Positions 63,201 through 64,000 of a stretch of DNA of 64,000 nucleotides are shown piece by piece. The notes under the pieces are model-generated. The model saw only the letters and a program-made list of their open reading frames with translations. It did no database searches and had not been told where the DNA came from. The position numbers and the translations under genes were made by a program. Source of the stretch: Squalus acanthias (Eukaryota); assembly GCA_030390025.1 (NCBI GenBank), contig CM059432.1:112408001-112472000 (forward strand). The letters are read 5' to 3'. Within the stretch, counting starts at the first letter, position 1; every line of letters begins with the position of its first letter.

Positions 63201-63462
63201 CTAACATGCAAAGGCAGAAGCTTGGCAGTCTGCAGAGGAAGCAAGGCTTGTTGCAGACCTTAAATGCTGCAGCAATGATGACGTAATCGGAAGTGACTTT
63301 CAGACTGGAAAAACTCACGGGCCATGGGTTCCCACACGTTGGAATTCAATTGGCCAATTATGTTAACATCGCATCAATCTCCCACATCGATTTAGATTCG
63401 GGTGGCTAACACGGAATGCGGATTACACGACCCTAGCCCGCCCCTGAATCAAAATCCAGCCC
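60217..63462. mobile_element. Non-autonomous Harbinger retaining the Myb/SANT gene but lacking the transposase core
   Basis: Ends GGGCAGAACTTTCA / TCAAAATCCAGCCC. Perfect 3-bp TSD AAT (60214-60216, 63463-63465). Transposase reduced to a stub at 60738-60959. Confidence 0.9.
61218..63183 (-). pseudogene. Harbinger Myb/SANT-like gene, 3 exons, 488 codons, one premature stop
   Basis: Exons 63183-62944 (240 nt), 62600-62441 (160 nt) and 62284-61218 (1067 nt), all GT-AG, splice in frame. MASQRSRSAP*FDDVALQALIEG..W.QVAEEVN..RTWLQCRKRFHDL. ATTAAA on - at 61145-61150. Confidence 0.85.
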
Positions 63463-64000
63463 AATGTTCCATTCAATCAGCATTATATTACCTACCTCGT
63501 TATTACAACATCATGGTGATTGGCAAAATATATTTTTTGGGTGGAGGATCCACCTTAATCAAGCTTTATTGGAGCTTCATCTAGAAGCAGGGGAGATCTG
63601 GTATAGTCAGGGAAACAAAACAACAGAGTTAGCTATAACAAGGTTCTACAGTATATTAAAGAATATAAGAGTAGGGAATTCCAAAAAAAATTCTCATATT
63701 AGCTAGAAACATCACATTATTTATTCAGGAAAAAAGATTGCTGTGGTCCTGAATCAATTCTGTCAATTTATAATTGGTATGATTTATGATAGAGAATGCC
63801 TTTTTGTTATATTTCAGTACATCGTAGATGTAATGTTTTGGAGGGAGGAAGCTTTGGATGTTTCTTATACCAGAACTATGTACCTAAACCAACTGTTCTA
63901 TATAGTTTTCATATTCTTAGGCAAAGCTATCCTATCCCTCCCATCCACCCCACACCTTTATACATTTTACAAGCCCATTACTGTTAAACATACTTTATAG

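Overview
Vertebrate, almost certainly cartilaginous-fish (shark/ray), genomic DNA. It lies inside the ZFPM2 (FOG2) gene on the + strand. The only host coding sequence is the 159-nt exon 2 (59389-59547); the rest is intron and is mostly transposon. Mobile content: (1) several large PIF/Harbinger elements with convergent transposase and spliced Myb/SANT genes, plus their MITEs; (2) CR1, L2, RTE and a CR1/L2-group LINE, with partner SINEs; (3) small hAT-type MITEs; (4) Penelope-like elements (PLEs). The most striking structure is a triple nest at 38.4-46.1 kb: a Harbinger holds a 3.4-kb PLE, which holds a ~1.15-kb near-perfect palindromic PLE insertion with a 12-bp target-site duplication (TSD). 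The PLE ends carry minimal hammerhead ribozyme motifs: four complete cores, with a compensatory stem-I change between copies. Also notable is a Harbinger that has lost its transposase core but keeps a 3-exon, 488-codon Myb/SANT gene with one nonsense codon. All assignments come from reading the sequence and recalled family motifs; no database search was run.
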